The notes under the pieces are model-generated. The model saw only the letters and a list, made by a program, of their open reading frames with translations, searched no databases and had not been told where the DNA came from. The translations under genes and the position numbers were made by a program. 64,000 bases of DNA from Synergistales bacterium (GTDB lineage Bacteria; Synergistota; Synergistia; Synergistales; JAFGMB01), in the NCBI GenBank assembly GCA_963666205.1, contig OY762654.1, positions 256,001-320,000 on the forward strand. Reading direction: 5' to 3'. Shown here piece after piece: positions 50,353-59,818 of this stretch. Within the stretch, counting starts at the first letter, position 1; every line of letters starts with the position of its first letter.

Positions 50353-50633
50353 TTGAGCTTATCTCTTTCAGGACTTGTAATTGTAGCAGAACCTGTTTTA
50401 GCAGATAGGGAAGCATCAAGTCTGTATGAAAGGTCAAGACAGGCAAGGAGGAGACTTTTTTCCTGGTCATCAACATCAAGTTCGTCAGAAAAAGATTCCT
50501 GGATATTTCCAATGACCCTGTTCAGGGTACTATCATCAAGTAATGTCTCGACTGAATAGGTCTTGTTACCAAGTGTTATCATAACATTTCTGGTCCTATC
50601 CATTTTTTTGGCCTCCAGACTCAATATGTTCAT
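50349..50633 (-). CDS. zapA: ZapA-like cell division protein; start may be the ATG at about 50603
   Basis: VMITLGNKTYSV, LLLACLDL; position between pheT and cvpA. Confidence 0.6.
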   Translation of the reverse strand: MNILSLEAKKMDRTRNVMITLGNKTYSVETLLDDSTLNRVIGNIQESFSDELDVDDQEKSLLLACLDLSYRLDASLSAKTGSATITSPERDKLK

Positions 50634-50644
50634 TCTTATATTTT

Positions 50645-50679
50645 TGAGGTATCCGAAAAGTCCGATTCCGGATACCTCA
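50645..50679. other. 11-bp inverted repeat immediately after the pheT stop
   Basis: TGAGGTATCCG-13 nt-CGGATACCTCA. No U-tract in the transcription direction, so more likely an mRNA stability or processing hairpin. Confidence 0.6.
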
Positions 50680-50685
50680 GAAATA

Positions 50686-53106
50686 TTATCTTAATGTAAA
50701 ACCTAAGGCTTCAAGTCCACCTCTGACCTTGCGATGAACCTTTTCGACTTCAATATCTGTAAGAGTTCTGTCCTCAGATCGATAAGCAAGGGAAAAACCA
50801 AGACTTCTCTGACCCTCAGGAATATTTTTACCTTCATAAATATCAAATATGCGAATCTCCCTGAGTAGATCCCCTGCAATACTCCTGATCTCCTGAATAA
50901 CTTCTTCAGCGAACCTGCTCTTCTCAGAGAGTAGCGAAATATCTCTGTATACTGCCGGGTATGCAGGTATATCCTTGAAGGTTGAAAGCCCGGCATTCAT
51001 GAACGTATCCAGATCCAGTTCAAAGGCATATACTGGACCACCAAAGTCCATATTCTGCTCTATTCCTGGCTTGAGCCTGATAAGATATCCCACCTTCTTA
51101 TCTTTCGAATAGATATCCGCACTTTGACCAGCATGACCAAAAGGCTCACTTCCCTGTTTGAATGTCAGTTCAACTCCTCGATTCTGAGCAATGGACAAAA
51201 TATCACCTTTTACTGTAAAAAAGTCATCCAGTGCAAGGTTACCATAGGGAGATCGCTGGTCAATTCCACCATATACAATTCCAGTTAGTCTTTCTATTTC
51301 TTTAAGTTGATCGGAACCAGGCTCCAGTCGCAAAAAGACTCTTCCAGTTTCAAAGATCCGCACAGCCTGTCTCCACCCGGACCGTATCGTTCCCTGAAGT
51401 GCAGAAATCACTCCTGGTAACATCATGGTTCTCATACATGAAAGCTCAAGGCTTAAAGGATTTGACAATTCTACAGGGTATGATCTGATATCATTTTTGG
51501 ATAACAGGTAGTCTTTTGCGAAACTCGGGGCTATAAAGCTGTAAGTAACAACTTCAGTATAACCTCTGGAGAGGAATATGTTTCTGATATGTCCCTGAGT
51601 TTCAGATATCGGATCAAGCTTCCCACTTTCATGTAAAGACCCGGGTATCCGCGGTTCAATCAGTTCGTATCCTCTTATTCGACCAACCTCTTCAACAAGA
51701 TCTTCCTCAATGGTGATATCAGGTCTGGATGTTGGCACTGAAAATACCCAGAAACCATTTTCTTCCCTGACTTTTTTAATTCCAAGCCGGTACAGTATAT
51801 GTTCGGCTTCCACCATATCATCCCATAGCAGTATTCTTTTCATGGTTTTACTACTTAGGGGAACTTCCAGATTAGAGGGCCTGTTAGATTCTGAAAATTC
51901 ATAATGACTATATACAACCTTGGCACATCCCCAATCAGAAAACAGCTTAAGGGCATATTTCAATGATTGAATTACTTTCATAGGATCTACTGACCTTGAG
52001 TATCTATATGCAGCTTCACTGATTATGCCAAGCTTTCTGGAAGTGCGACTGATCCTGGGGGAAGCGAAATTAGCGCATTCCAGCGCCACAATATTGGTGT
52101 TGTCTTTTATCTCGGTATTTTCACCACCCATAACACCAGCAATACCAACCGGCTGTCCTCCACTGGTAATGATTAGATCTTCATTGTTCAAAGAACGGGT
52201 TTTACCGTCAAGGGTAACTAATTTTTCTTTATCCATAGCAAGTCTAACGGTAATTTCTTTTTCGGGAAGTAATTCCAGATCATATGCATGAGACGGTTGC
52301 CCCGTTAAAAGCATTGTGAGATTGGAAACATCTACAATGTTGGAGATAGGTCTCATCCCCATAAGAGAAAGAAGGATCCTGGCCTTCAATGGAGAGGGTC
52401 CTATACTGATATCGCTGGCAAGCCCAAGAGCAAAGGAAAGACAATCTGGATGTTCAAGGGTTATACCTTTGAACTTTACCGGCCAGACAGCGGAGTTATC
52501 GATATCCTCAATTTCGATATCTTTCAATTCCGAATTCGGGAAAAGGGCATGTACCTCCCGAGCGAGCCCAAGCACACTAAGAAGATCTCCTCTATTAGGT
52601 GTAATTGATATCTCCAGAACTGCATCATCAAGGCCAAAAAGGGATTTAAAATCAAGACCAGGTTCTGTTGATTCCGGTAGTCTGAGTATTCCGAACTCAT
52701 CAGCTACGTCAGGTAAACCTATCTCTTCAGCGGAAAGCATCATTCCCTGGCTCAGGATACCATCAAATTCTTTTGATCCCAACTCTAGATTGTTTATGAT
52801 AGATGCACCTGGAGGAGCATATGGAACAACATCACCAACATGCAGGTTAGGCGCAGCAGTAACACAGAGAGCCCGGGGATAACCATCTCCAAGATCCAGT
52901 TCAGCAACAAAAAGACTCTCTCTGGCTGGATGTTTATCAAGCCTTGCGATTCTTGCAGTAATAACTCCTCTGATGAAATCGCAAGGCCTCTCTATACTTT
53001 CGACCTCGCAGCCTGTTATCGTTAGCTTTTCCGCAACTTCTTGAAGTGTTACGTCAGAAGGAAGAGTCAGAAATTCATTCAACCAGTTCCATGAAATAAG
53101 CATCAT
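50686..53106 (-). CDS. pheT: Phenylalanine--tRNA ligase beta subunit
   Basis: SQGMMLS, ITPNRGDLLS, NIVDVSN, RPDITIEEDLVEEVGR, FDX-ACB C-terminus. Confidence 0.96.
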   Translation of the reverse strand: MMLISWNWLNEFLTLPSDVTLQEVAEKLTITGCEVESIERPCDFIRGVITARIARLDKHPARESLFVAELDLGDGYPRALCVTAAPNLHVGDVVPYAPPGASIINNLELGSKEFDGILSQGMMLSAEEIGLPDVADEFGILRLPESTEPGLDFKSLFGLDDAVLEISITPNRGDLLSVLGLAREVHALFPNSELKDIEIEDIDNSAVWPVKFKGITLEHPDCLSFALGLASDISIGPSPLKARILLSLMGMRPISNIVDVSNLTMLLTGQPSHAYDLELLPEKEITVRLAMDKEKLVTLDGKTRSLNNEDLIITSGGQPVGIAGVMGGENTEIKDNTNIVALECANFASPRISRTSRKLGIISEAAYRYSRSVDPMKVIQSLKYALKLFSDWGCAKVVYSHYEFSESNRPSNLEVPLSSKTMKRILLWDDMVEAEHILYRLGIKKVREENGFWVFSVPTSRPDITIEEDLVEEVGRIRGYELIEPRIPGSLHESGKLDPISETQGHIRNIFLSRGYTEVVTYSFIAPSFAKDYLLSKNDIRSYPVELSNPLSLELSCMRTMMLPGVISALQGTIRSGWRQAVRIFETGRVFLRLEPGSDQLKEIERLTGIVYGGIDQRSPYGNLALDDFFTVKGDILSIAQNRGVELTFKQGSEPFGHAGQSADIYSKDKKVGYLIRLKPGIEQNMDFGGPVYAFELDLDTFMNAGLSTFKDIPAYPAVYRDISLLSEKSRFAEEVIQEIRSIAGDLLREIRIFDIYEGKNIPEGQRSLGFSLAYRSEDRTLTDIEVEKVHRKVRGGLEALGFTLR

Positions 53107-54143
53107 GCATCCCTCCCTGAGAGAAGATAGGTAACATTGCCTTCAAAAAGGGTTCTCAGATCAGTTAATCCATACTTCAGCATAGCCAATCGGTCCAGAC
53201 CAAGTCCCCATGCAAACCCGTTGTACCTTTCAGGATCAATGTTACCTGATCTTAAAACGTTGGGATGAGTCATGCCGAGACCGCACACCTCAAGCCAGCC
53301 GCTCCCTCTGCAGATTCGACATCCAGGATCTGATCCCGAACAGGCAATACATTCAATATCAAGTTCAAGAGAAGGCTCCGTAAAGGGAAAGTAACTTGCC
53401 CTGTAACGTTTTTTGAGTTCCTTGTTAAAAAAGGAATCAAGAAGAACATCAAGACAACCCTTGAGATCCGCTATGGAAATATCCTCATCGATAAGAAGTC
53501 CTTCCAACTGATGAAACATGGGGGAATGGGTAGGATCGCTATCTTTCCTGTACACTCTTCCAGGACATATGATCCGTATCGGTGCTCCATATTTAAGCAT
53601 AGACCTGACTTCAACAGGTGATGTATGGGTTCGAAGGACTCTTCCGTCATCAAAATAAAAGGTATCCTGCATATCTCTTGCAGGATGATGGGGAGGAATG
53701 TTCAACGCCTCAAAATTGTAGTAATCCTCCTCTATCTCAGGTCCCAGAACAACTGTAAAGCCCAGACCAGTCATAATTCTAAGCACATCATTTGTAGCCT
53801 CGACTACTGGGTGGAACCCTCCTGCAGATCTGCTATTTGCTGGTAGGGTTACATCAATAAAATCCTTCAGTTCCATTTGTCTCAGTTCTTCATTTTTAAG
53901 AAAAAGAGTTTTTTCCTGAATGATGCTTTCAATGGTATTGCGCAATTCATTAACTGCATTTCCTGCAGTAGGTCTCTTCTCTGCAGGAAGGGTACCTAAA
54001 AGCCTCAGAAGGGAGGTTACTTTACCCTTTTTCCCCAGGAATCGAACCTTAATCTCCATTATTTCCGAAGTATTTGAAATGTTCGTAATTGAAAGATCAA
54101 ATTCCTCGCGGATAGATTGGATGTTTTCAAGAATATCCTTCAT
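53103..54143 (-). CDS. pheS: Phenylalanine--tRNA ligase alpha subunit
   Basis: HPARDMQDTF, LRTHTSP, FHQLEG, YFPFTEPS, GLGLDR. Confidence 0.97.
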   Translation of the reverse strand: MKDILENIQSIREEFDLSITNISNTSEIMEIKVRFLGKKGKVTSLLRLLGTLPAEKRPTAGNAVNELRNTIESIIQEKTLFLKNEELRQMELKDFIDVTLPANSRSAGGFHPVVEATNDVLRIMTGLGFTVVLGPEIEEDYYNFEALNIPPHHPARDMQDTFYFDDGRVLRTHTSPVEVRSMLKYGAPIRIICPGRVYRKDSDPTHSPMFHQLEGLLIDEDISIADLKGCLDVLLDSFFNKELKKRYRASYFPFTEPSLELDIECIACSGSDPGCRICRGSGWLEVCGLGMTHPNVLRSGNIDPERYNGFAWGLGLDRLAMLKYGLTDLRTLFEGNVTYLLSGRDA

Positions 54144-54835
54144 CGCCCATTTCCTCCCTTGCCATTATATTCTTCGAGTTCAGTAACCCATGTGCTGAGT
54201 GATTCCTTGCGACCAGCTATGAGCAGGCGATCTCCATTCCGAATGACAGAATCTGCATTTGGAAGGAAAAATGAACCTTCCCGGTTGAATAGAAGGACCA
54301 TTGCATCATATTGGGACCGGAAACGCAATTCAGCAAGTGTTTTACCGATCATATCAGATAAGGGTGTGATCTCCCCAACAAGAAAACCGGCCCCAGGAAG
54401 CTGTGAAAAACGTGATAGCCAGGGATGGATAAACTGTTCAGCAACCCTTTGCCCCATATCTCTTTCTGGAAAAATAACCTTGTGGGCACCCACCCGGGCA
54501 AGAACTCTCGCATGAAGGTTCGTTTGAGCCCGTGCCACAAGATGGGGTATCTCGAAACCTTTCAGAATTGTAGTTGCAAGAACACTCGCTTCTATGTTTT
54601 CACCAATTGTGACAACTGCAACATCAGCTTCCTTAGCACCCACTTTGATTAAAGAATCTTCATCCGTCGCATCAATCTGGGCACATAGATCCACAATCTC
54701 TGCCATTTCCTGTACCTTTGCAGGATTTCTATCAACAGCAACTACATGCTGTTCCAGAGATACCAGCTTCTCACAAAGAGATATCCCGAAGCGTCCAAGC
54801 CCGACAACAAGTATCATCTTTTTTTTTGAAACCAT
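54140..54835 (-). CDS. ktrA: K+ uptake regulatory subunit, KtrA/TrkA family (RCK_N + RCK_C)
   Basis: VGLGRFG, VIFPERDMG, C-terminal RCK_C domain (GDRLLIAG). Confidence 0.88.
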   Translation of the reverse strand: MVSKKKMILVVGLGRFGISLCEKLVSLEQHVVAVDRNPAKVQEMAEIVDLCAQIDATDEDSLIKVGAKEADVAVVTIGENIEASVLATTILKGFEIPHLVARAQTNLHARVLARVGAHKVIFPERDMGQRVAEQFIHPWLSRFSQLPGAGFLVGEITPLSDMIGKTLAELRFRSQYDAMVLLFNREGSFFLPNADSVIRNGDRLLIAGRKESLSTWVTELEEYNGKGGNGR

Positions 54836-54846
54836 TTGAAAGCCCC

Positions 54847-56166
54847 CTACCCTATTGGTATATTAGCTTTAGCGTAAGAAATATCCGTATCTGATTCTCT
54901 TGACAAGATTCCGTAAATAAAGGTCAGGATTCCAATCCTGCCCCAGAACATCAATACCATTAGAACCAGTTTGCCAGGGGTCGAAAGGAACATGGTAATA
55001 CCTGTTGATAAACCTACCGTCCCAAGAGCTGAGATAACCTCGAATATAATATCCCGGAATGGTAGAGTCTCCAAGAGAGAAAGAAGTGTTGTCGCAAAAA
55101 GTATTGTTCCAAGGTACATAACTAAAATAGCAAGAGATCGGAGTATATTTTCATTTTGGATCGATCTGTTCCATATGACTGTACTTCTTCTTCCTCTAAG
55201 AAAGTTCCAGGAAGAGAGGATCAGAACACCAAATGTGGTTGTCTTGACCCCTCCCCCAGTAGATCCTGGAGAGGCTCCAATTATCATAAGAATGCATAAG
55301 AACAGTATGCCAGAAGATGAGAATTCTGAAATAGGAACAGTATCAAACCCTGCAGTCCTTGGCGTAACACTCTGGAAAAGGGCATTCCATATCTTCCAAC
55401 CCTCACCAAGATTCTTTAAACCATGTTGCCACTCTGTAATCCCAATAAGGAAGGTCCCCCCGACAATAATGGTGATCGTGGTGACTAAAACCAGTCGAGA
55501 ATGGATGTTCAGCCTCTCTTTCCCTCTTATAAAACCAATCAGGTTTACAAGGGGAAGAAAACCCATTCCGCCTAGAACTATAAGTAGCATAACAGTTCCT
55601 GGAATAATCAGTTCCTGAGAATACATTTCAAGGCTGGATGTTATAGGAGAAAAGCCTGCATTACAAAAAGAACTTACACTGTGAAAAACAGCATAATATA
55701 AAGCCTTGATCCAGGGTAAATCCCTGTTAAAAGAAAGAAAAAGGGGAATGGCCCCAAGGATTTCTATGATCAGAGTTATCTGAAGAATTTTCATCAGTAG
55801 TTTCACAGCACCTGCAGGACTATCTATGCCAAGACTGCCGACGAAAAGAATCCTCTGTCTTATACCTATCCGTTGTCGCAAAAGAAGAAGCATGGTCGTT
55901 GCAGCTGTCATAACACCCAGACCCCCAAGCTGGATCAGTATCAACAGAATGGCCTGAGATAAAGGAACAAGGTCTTTTCCTGTATCAACAATGACAAGTC
56001 CGGTAACACATATGGCAGAGGTAGAAGTAAACATAGCATCTACCAGACTGATTCTTTGTCCACCTGAATAATTGGCAGTCCAAATGAGTAGGGTTCCTAT
56101 CATAATTAAAGACAGGAACCCGAGTAATATTGTCCGCTCAACTTTCAGGGAACTGTAAGTTCGCAA
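54847..56166 (-). CDS. ktrB: K+ uptake membrane subunit, KtrB/TrkH family
   Basis: SAICVTGL, QLGGLG, FCNAGF, RTAGF, GASPGSTGGGVK, SALGTVGLS. Confidence 0.92.
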   Translation of the reverse strand: MRTYSSLKVERTILLGFLSLIMIGTLLIWTANYSGGQRISLVDAMFTSTSAICVTGLVIVDTGKDLVPLSQAILLILIQLGGLGVMTAATTMLLLLRQRIGIRQRILFVGSLGIDSPAGAVKLLMKILQITLIIEILGAIPLFLSFNRDLPWIKALYYAVFHSVSSFCNAGFSPITSSLEMYSQELIIPGTVMLLIVLGGMGFLPLVNLIGFIRGKERLNIHSRLVLVTTITIIVGGTFLIGITEWQHGLKNLGEGWKIWNALFQSVTPRTAGFDTVPISEFSSSGILFLCILMIIGASPGSTGGGVKTTTFGVLILSSWNFLRGRRSTVIWNRSIQNENILRSLAILVMYLGTILFATTLLSLLETLPFRDIIFEVISALGTVGLSTGITMFLSTPGKLVLMVLMFWGRIGILTFIYGILSRESDTDISYAKANIPIG

Positions 56167-56168
56167 AT

Positions 56169-56528
56169 TTATTTCCCCAGAGCAACCTTCGCTTTGGAAA
56201 CGAGTCCTTCAAATGCTGGCATATCGTGAACAGCAAGATCTGCAAGCATTTTCCTATTAATTTCAATACCGGTTTTCTTAAGACCGTTCATAAAGCTACT
56301 GTAACTCATACCATTGGATCTAGCAGCTGCATTTATCCTGGTAATCCAAAGCCTTCGGAAATCACGCTTACGCAGTTTCCGATCCTTATAAGCATTTGAC
56401 AGAGAGTGAAGGTAAGCCTCTCTCGCTCTTCTATAAACATTTTTCTTTCTACCAAAATAACCCTTGGTGATAGAAAAGAGCCTCTTCCTTTTTCTATCGC
56501 TTGCGCTACCGCCTTTAACACGAGGCAT
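56169..56528 (-). CDS. rplT: 50S ribosomal protein L20
   Basis: [29 protein letters not shown]. Confidence 0.98.
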   Translation of the reverse strand: MPRVKGGSASDRKRKRLFSITKGYFGRKKNVYRRAREAYLHSLSNAYKDRKLRKRDFRRLWITRINAAARSNGMSYSSFMNGLKKTGIEINRKMLADLAVHDMPAFEGLVSKAKVALGK

Positions 56529-56577
56529 CGCTTGCCACCTCTTTCATCATTCAATAGTATTGTTGCTGTTACGATCC

Positions 56578-56775
56578 TTAACCGTAGGGAAGCAGTTTTT
56601 TCATTGTTTCAACAAGAGTATCAGAAAGGAACCCTTTGTCACGGAGTCTGCGTAATCTGGCTGAATTCTTCTTTCTGAGAAGATGACCTCTACCATTCTT
56701 TTTGTAAGACACCTTGCCAGAGCCACTGAAAGAGAACCTTTTTTTAGCCCCGGAATGGGATTTAAGTTTGGGCAC
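56578..56775 (-). CDS. rpmI: 50S ribosomal protein L35
   Basis: GTG start after GGAGG; PKLKSHSGAKKRF. Confidence 0.96.
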   Translation of the reverse strand: MPKLKSHSGAKKRFSFSGSGKVSYKKNGRGHLLRKKNSARLRRLRDKGFLSDTLVETMKKLLPYG

Positions 56776-56834
56776 GAAAATACCTCCTTCCAATTGCAGA
56801 ATTGACTATTACCTTATATATCTGAATGAAAAGA

Positions 56835-57383
56835 TCAATCTTCCTTTTCATTTTCCTTATATGTTGAAATTGGCGTCATAAGCATTCTCATATAACGACC
56901 TTCCATTCTCGGCAAGGATTCAACCTTCCCAAGTCCCTCGCAATCTTTCATCACTCTATCAAGGACCTCACGTCCCCTGTTAAGGAAAGCCATTTCCCTG
57001 CCTCTAAAAAATACTGAAACCTTAACCCTGTGCCCATTTTTCAGGAAGTTAATGATGGCCTTGACCTTGAAATTATAGTCATGTTCATCAATCTTCGGTC
57101 GCATCTTCATTTCCTTAAGAGTCTGGACTTTTTGTTTTTTTCTTGCGTCTTTCTCTCGCTTCTGCTGTTGGTACCTGAACTTACCATAATCCAAAATACG
57201 ACAGACAGGAGGGCTTGCCTGAGGTGCGACCTCAACAAGATCCAGTTCCTTTTCCTCCGCAAGTTCCAATGCCCTGGGAAGAGGTATTACACCTAGTTTC
57301 GCTCCACTATCATCAATCAATAGAACCTCACGGGAAGTAATTTCTTCATTTACGCGAGGTTCGTCTTCACCTTTTTTAGCTAT
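56835..57383 (-). CDS. infC: Translation initiation factor IF-3 with a non-canonical ATA start
   Basis: GGAGGTG-aaaagct-ATA GCT AAA AAA GGT GAA GAC GAA CCT CGC GTA AAT GAA GAA ATT is in frame with the ORF-track fragment. LDLVEVAP, PPVCRILDYGK, FRGRE. Confidence 0.95.
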   Translation of the reverse strand: MAKKGEDEPRVNEEITSREVLLIDDSGAKLGVIPLPRALELAEEKELDLVEVAPQASPPVCRILDYGKFRYQQQKREKDARKKQKVQTLKEMKMRPKIDEHDYNFKVKAIINFLKNGHRVKVSVFFRGREMAFLNRGREVLDRVMKDCEGLGKVESLPRMEGRYMRMLMTPISTYKENEKED

Positions 57384-57407
57384 AGCTTTTCACCTCCAGA
57401 AAATAAT

Positions 57408-57545
57408 ATAAAAAGGGTCGGGATTTATCCCGACCCTTGTAGTTTGTCTTAAATCAAAATCAGCCTTCACTGAAATGATCCACAAGACCCGGAAACTCCT
57501 ATGGTCGCCAGGTGAGAGGTCGGTTCAATCCTCTTCTTTTCCTAT
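57408..57545 (-). ncRNA. Ribosomal protein L20 leader (attenuator) upstream of infC
   Basis: Minus strand AGAGG-ATTGAACCGA-CCTCT-CACCTGG...CCGGGT followed by terminator AAGGGTCGGGAT-AA-ATCCCGACCCTTTTT. The loop CCGACC is complementary to the terminator 5' arm. Confidence 0.8.
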
Positions 57546-57564
57546 TCATTATTCAATCCGGATT

Positions 57565-57593
57565 ACTATATCACATACATTCTGATTCAGCAA
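57565..57593 (-). promoter_or_regulatory. Probable infC operon promoter
   Basis: TTGCTG-17 nt-TATAGT with extended TG. Confidence 0.6.
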
Positions 57594-57595
57594 TA

Positions 57596-59491
57596 TTAAG
57601 AAAGAGGATCGAATTCTGAATCAAAGAGATGTATCAACTCCTCAATATTCATAGCCCCCAGATCACCCTTGGATCTTTCGCGCACGGCTACCTGTTTGTT
57701 CTCAACTTCGCGATCACCTATTACCAGCATATAAGGAACTTTCTGCATTTGTGCATCCCGAATCTTTTTACCCAGTTTTTCATCGCGGAAATCGATTTCA
57801 CATCTTATATCATGAGACTGCAGGATATCCCTTGTTTCCAATGCATAGGGATGCACTTCATCCTTAACAGCCAGTATTCGAACCTGCACAGGTGAGATCC
57901 AGAAGGGGAAAGCACCTGCAAAATGTTCGATCAATATCCCGAAGAACCTCTCAAGACTTCCAAGTACAGTTCGATGAAGCATAACCGGGCGGTGGGACTC
58001 TCCATCTGAACCAATATAGTTCAGGTCAAACCTTTCCGGCATCTGGAAGTCAAGCTGACAGGTTCCGCATTGCCATGTTCTTCCGATACAATCTTCAAGG
58101 TGGGAATCTATCTTGGGACCATAAAATGCACCATCGCCAGGATTTATCCTGTAGGGTATTCCGGACCGTTTCAGTGCATCTTCAAGAGCTGCCTCCGCTT
58201 TGGACCACATTTCAGGATCTCCCATGGCATTCTCCGGCTTTGTAGATAATTCTACATGATAATCGAAACCAAAAACGTCTTTATAAATGTATTTGGAAAG
58301 CTTCATAATTCCAATGATCTCATCCGTTACTTGTTCGGGCGTACAATAAACGTGTGCATCATCCTGGGTAAAGCATCTGACTCGCATAAGTCCATGCAGT
58401 ACTCCTGATTTTTCATGTCTATGTACAGTACCCAGCTCCGCCATTCGAAGAGGAAGTTCCCTGTAACTGTGGATCTGATTGTTATAGACCAGAATTCCAC
58501 CAGGACAATTCATCGGTTTAATGGCGTAGGGTTGCTCGTCTATTTCTGTAAAATACATATTTTCCCTGTAATGATCCCAATGACCGGATCTGATCCATAG
58601 GCTCTGATCAAGAATAAGAGGAGTCCTTATCTCACAGTAACCCGCCTTGGTATGAGCCTTTCTCCAGAAATCGGTCAGTTTATTCAGTATAACCATACCT
58701 TTAGGGTGGAAGAAGGGGAAACCTGGACCTTCAGGCTGGAGGCTGAACAATTCGAGTTCCTTCCCAAGTTTCCTGTGATCTCTGTTACGGGCTTCCTCCA
58801 TCTTTCTGATATATGTATCCAGGCTGTCCTTATCTCCAAAGGCTGTCCCGTATATCCTTGTAAGCATTACATTCTTTTCACTTCCGCGCCAGTAGGCTCC
58901 AGCAACAGAAAGAAGCTTGAAATTTCCCAATTGTGATGTATTCCGGACATGTGGCCCTCTGCAAAGATCCACATAATCTCCCTGCTTGTAGATAGTAACC
59001 GTCGAGTCTTCAATTTCATTAATAAGTTCGACCTTATAGACATTCTGTTTTTCTTTGAAGAGATTAATGGCATCTTCTTTGGAAAGAACCAGTTTTTCTA
59101 CGGGATAAGCTCTTTTTACAAGCCTCTGCATTTGTTTCTCGATCTCTGGAAGATCTTCTTCTGATATTTTTGTATCTACATCCATATCATAGTAATAGCC
59201 GTCTTTAATGGAGGGACCTATACCAAATCTGGTACCGGGATAAAGGATCTCTACAGCTTGTGCCATAAGATGTGCTGTTGAATGACGAAGAACATTCAAG
59301 CCCTCCTCGGAATCAGCATAGATGGGCTCAACTAATGCATCCTCCGAAACAACTGTTGACAGGTCGACCACACAAGAATTTACCCTGGCAGCCAATGCTC
59401 CTTGATGAAGTCTGAACTGTTTCAGTATTTCAAAAGCATTCATTTCGGCCCCCTGGATAGATAGACCATCTGGCCCTTTGAAAGTGAACAT
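57596..59491 (-). CDS. thrS: Threonine--tRNA ligase
   Basis: RHSTAHLMA, DLCRGPH, RDHRKLG, KPMNCP, RVRCFTQDDAH, GSLERF. True start ATG at 59491; the extra upstream ORF sequence is the T-box leader. Confidence 0.97.
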   Translation of the reverse strand: MFTFKGPDGLSIQGAEMNAFEILKQFRLHQGALAARVNSCVVDLSTVVSEDALVEPIYADSEEGLNVLRHSTAHLMAQAVEILYPGTRFGIGPSIKDGYYYDMDVDTKISEEDLPEIEKQMQRLVKRAYPVEKLVLSKEDAINLFKEKQNVYKVELINEIEDSTVTIYKQGDYVDLCRGPHVRNTSQLGNFKLLSVAGAYWRGSEKNVMLTRIYGTAFGDKDSLDTYIRKMEEARNRDHRKLGKELELFSLQPEGPGFPFFHPKGMVILNKLTDFWRKAHTKAGYCEIRTPLILDQSLWIRSGHWDHYRENMYFTEIDEQPYAIKPMNCPGGILVYNNQIHSYRELPLRMAELGTVHRHEKSGVLHGLMRVRCFTQDDAHVYCTPEQVTDEIIGIMKLSKYIYKDVFGFDYHVELSTKPENAMGDPEMWSKAEAALEDALKRSGIPYRINPGDGAFYGPKIDSHLEDCIGRTWQCGTCQLDFQMPERFDLNYIGSDGESHRPVMLHRTVLGSLERFFGILIEHFAGAFPFWISPVQVRILAVKDEVHPYALETRDILQSHDIRCEIDFRDEKLGKKIRDAQMQKVPYMLVIGDREVENKQVAVRERSKGDLGAMNIEELIHLFDSEFDPLS

Positions 59492-59503
59492 TATATCGCC
59501 TCC

Positions 59504-59752
59504 CAAAAAAAAATATGCCCACGTATCTCCTTTATGGAGACGACGTGGGCTGGTTCGCGGTTCCACTCCATTTCCGAAACCTGAAGGTTTCGGCTCTCTA
59601 ACAGCTATAAGGGGCATTCCCCGATGCCTTATCCATTTGGCTTCGACATCTGCTCCAGGATGGTCTTCCCTAAATTCGATCACAGGAACTCTCTCAGCGT
59701 TACAAGATCCCTCTCTGTGTGATTTCCAGAAGGTACTCTTCCCTTCATCGCG
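59504..59752 (-). promoter_or_regulatory. T-box riboswitch, Thr (ACC) specifier
   Basis: GCGATGAAGGGAAGAGTA, AGAGAG and GCTGAGA distal loops, GAAG-ACC-A specifier (59662-59664), T-box AATGGAGTGGAACCGCG, terminator GCCCACGT...ACGTGGGC-ATA-T9. Confidence 0.93.
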
Positions 59753-59777
59753 ATAGATTACTTTAGATTAAGAGCAT

Positions 59778-59805
59778 TTTATACCATTTACCAGGGTAGG
59801 GTCAA
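59778..59805 (-). promoter_or_regulatory. Probable thrS promoter
   Basis: TTGACC-16 nt-TATAAA with extended TG, upstream of the T-box. Confidence 0.55.
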
Positions 59806-59818
59806 TGGCTCATCCGAT

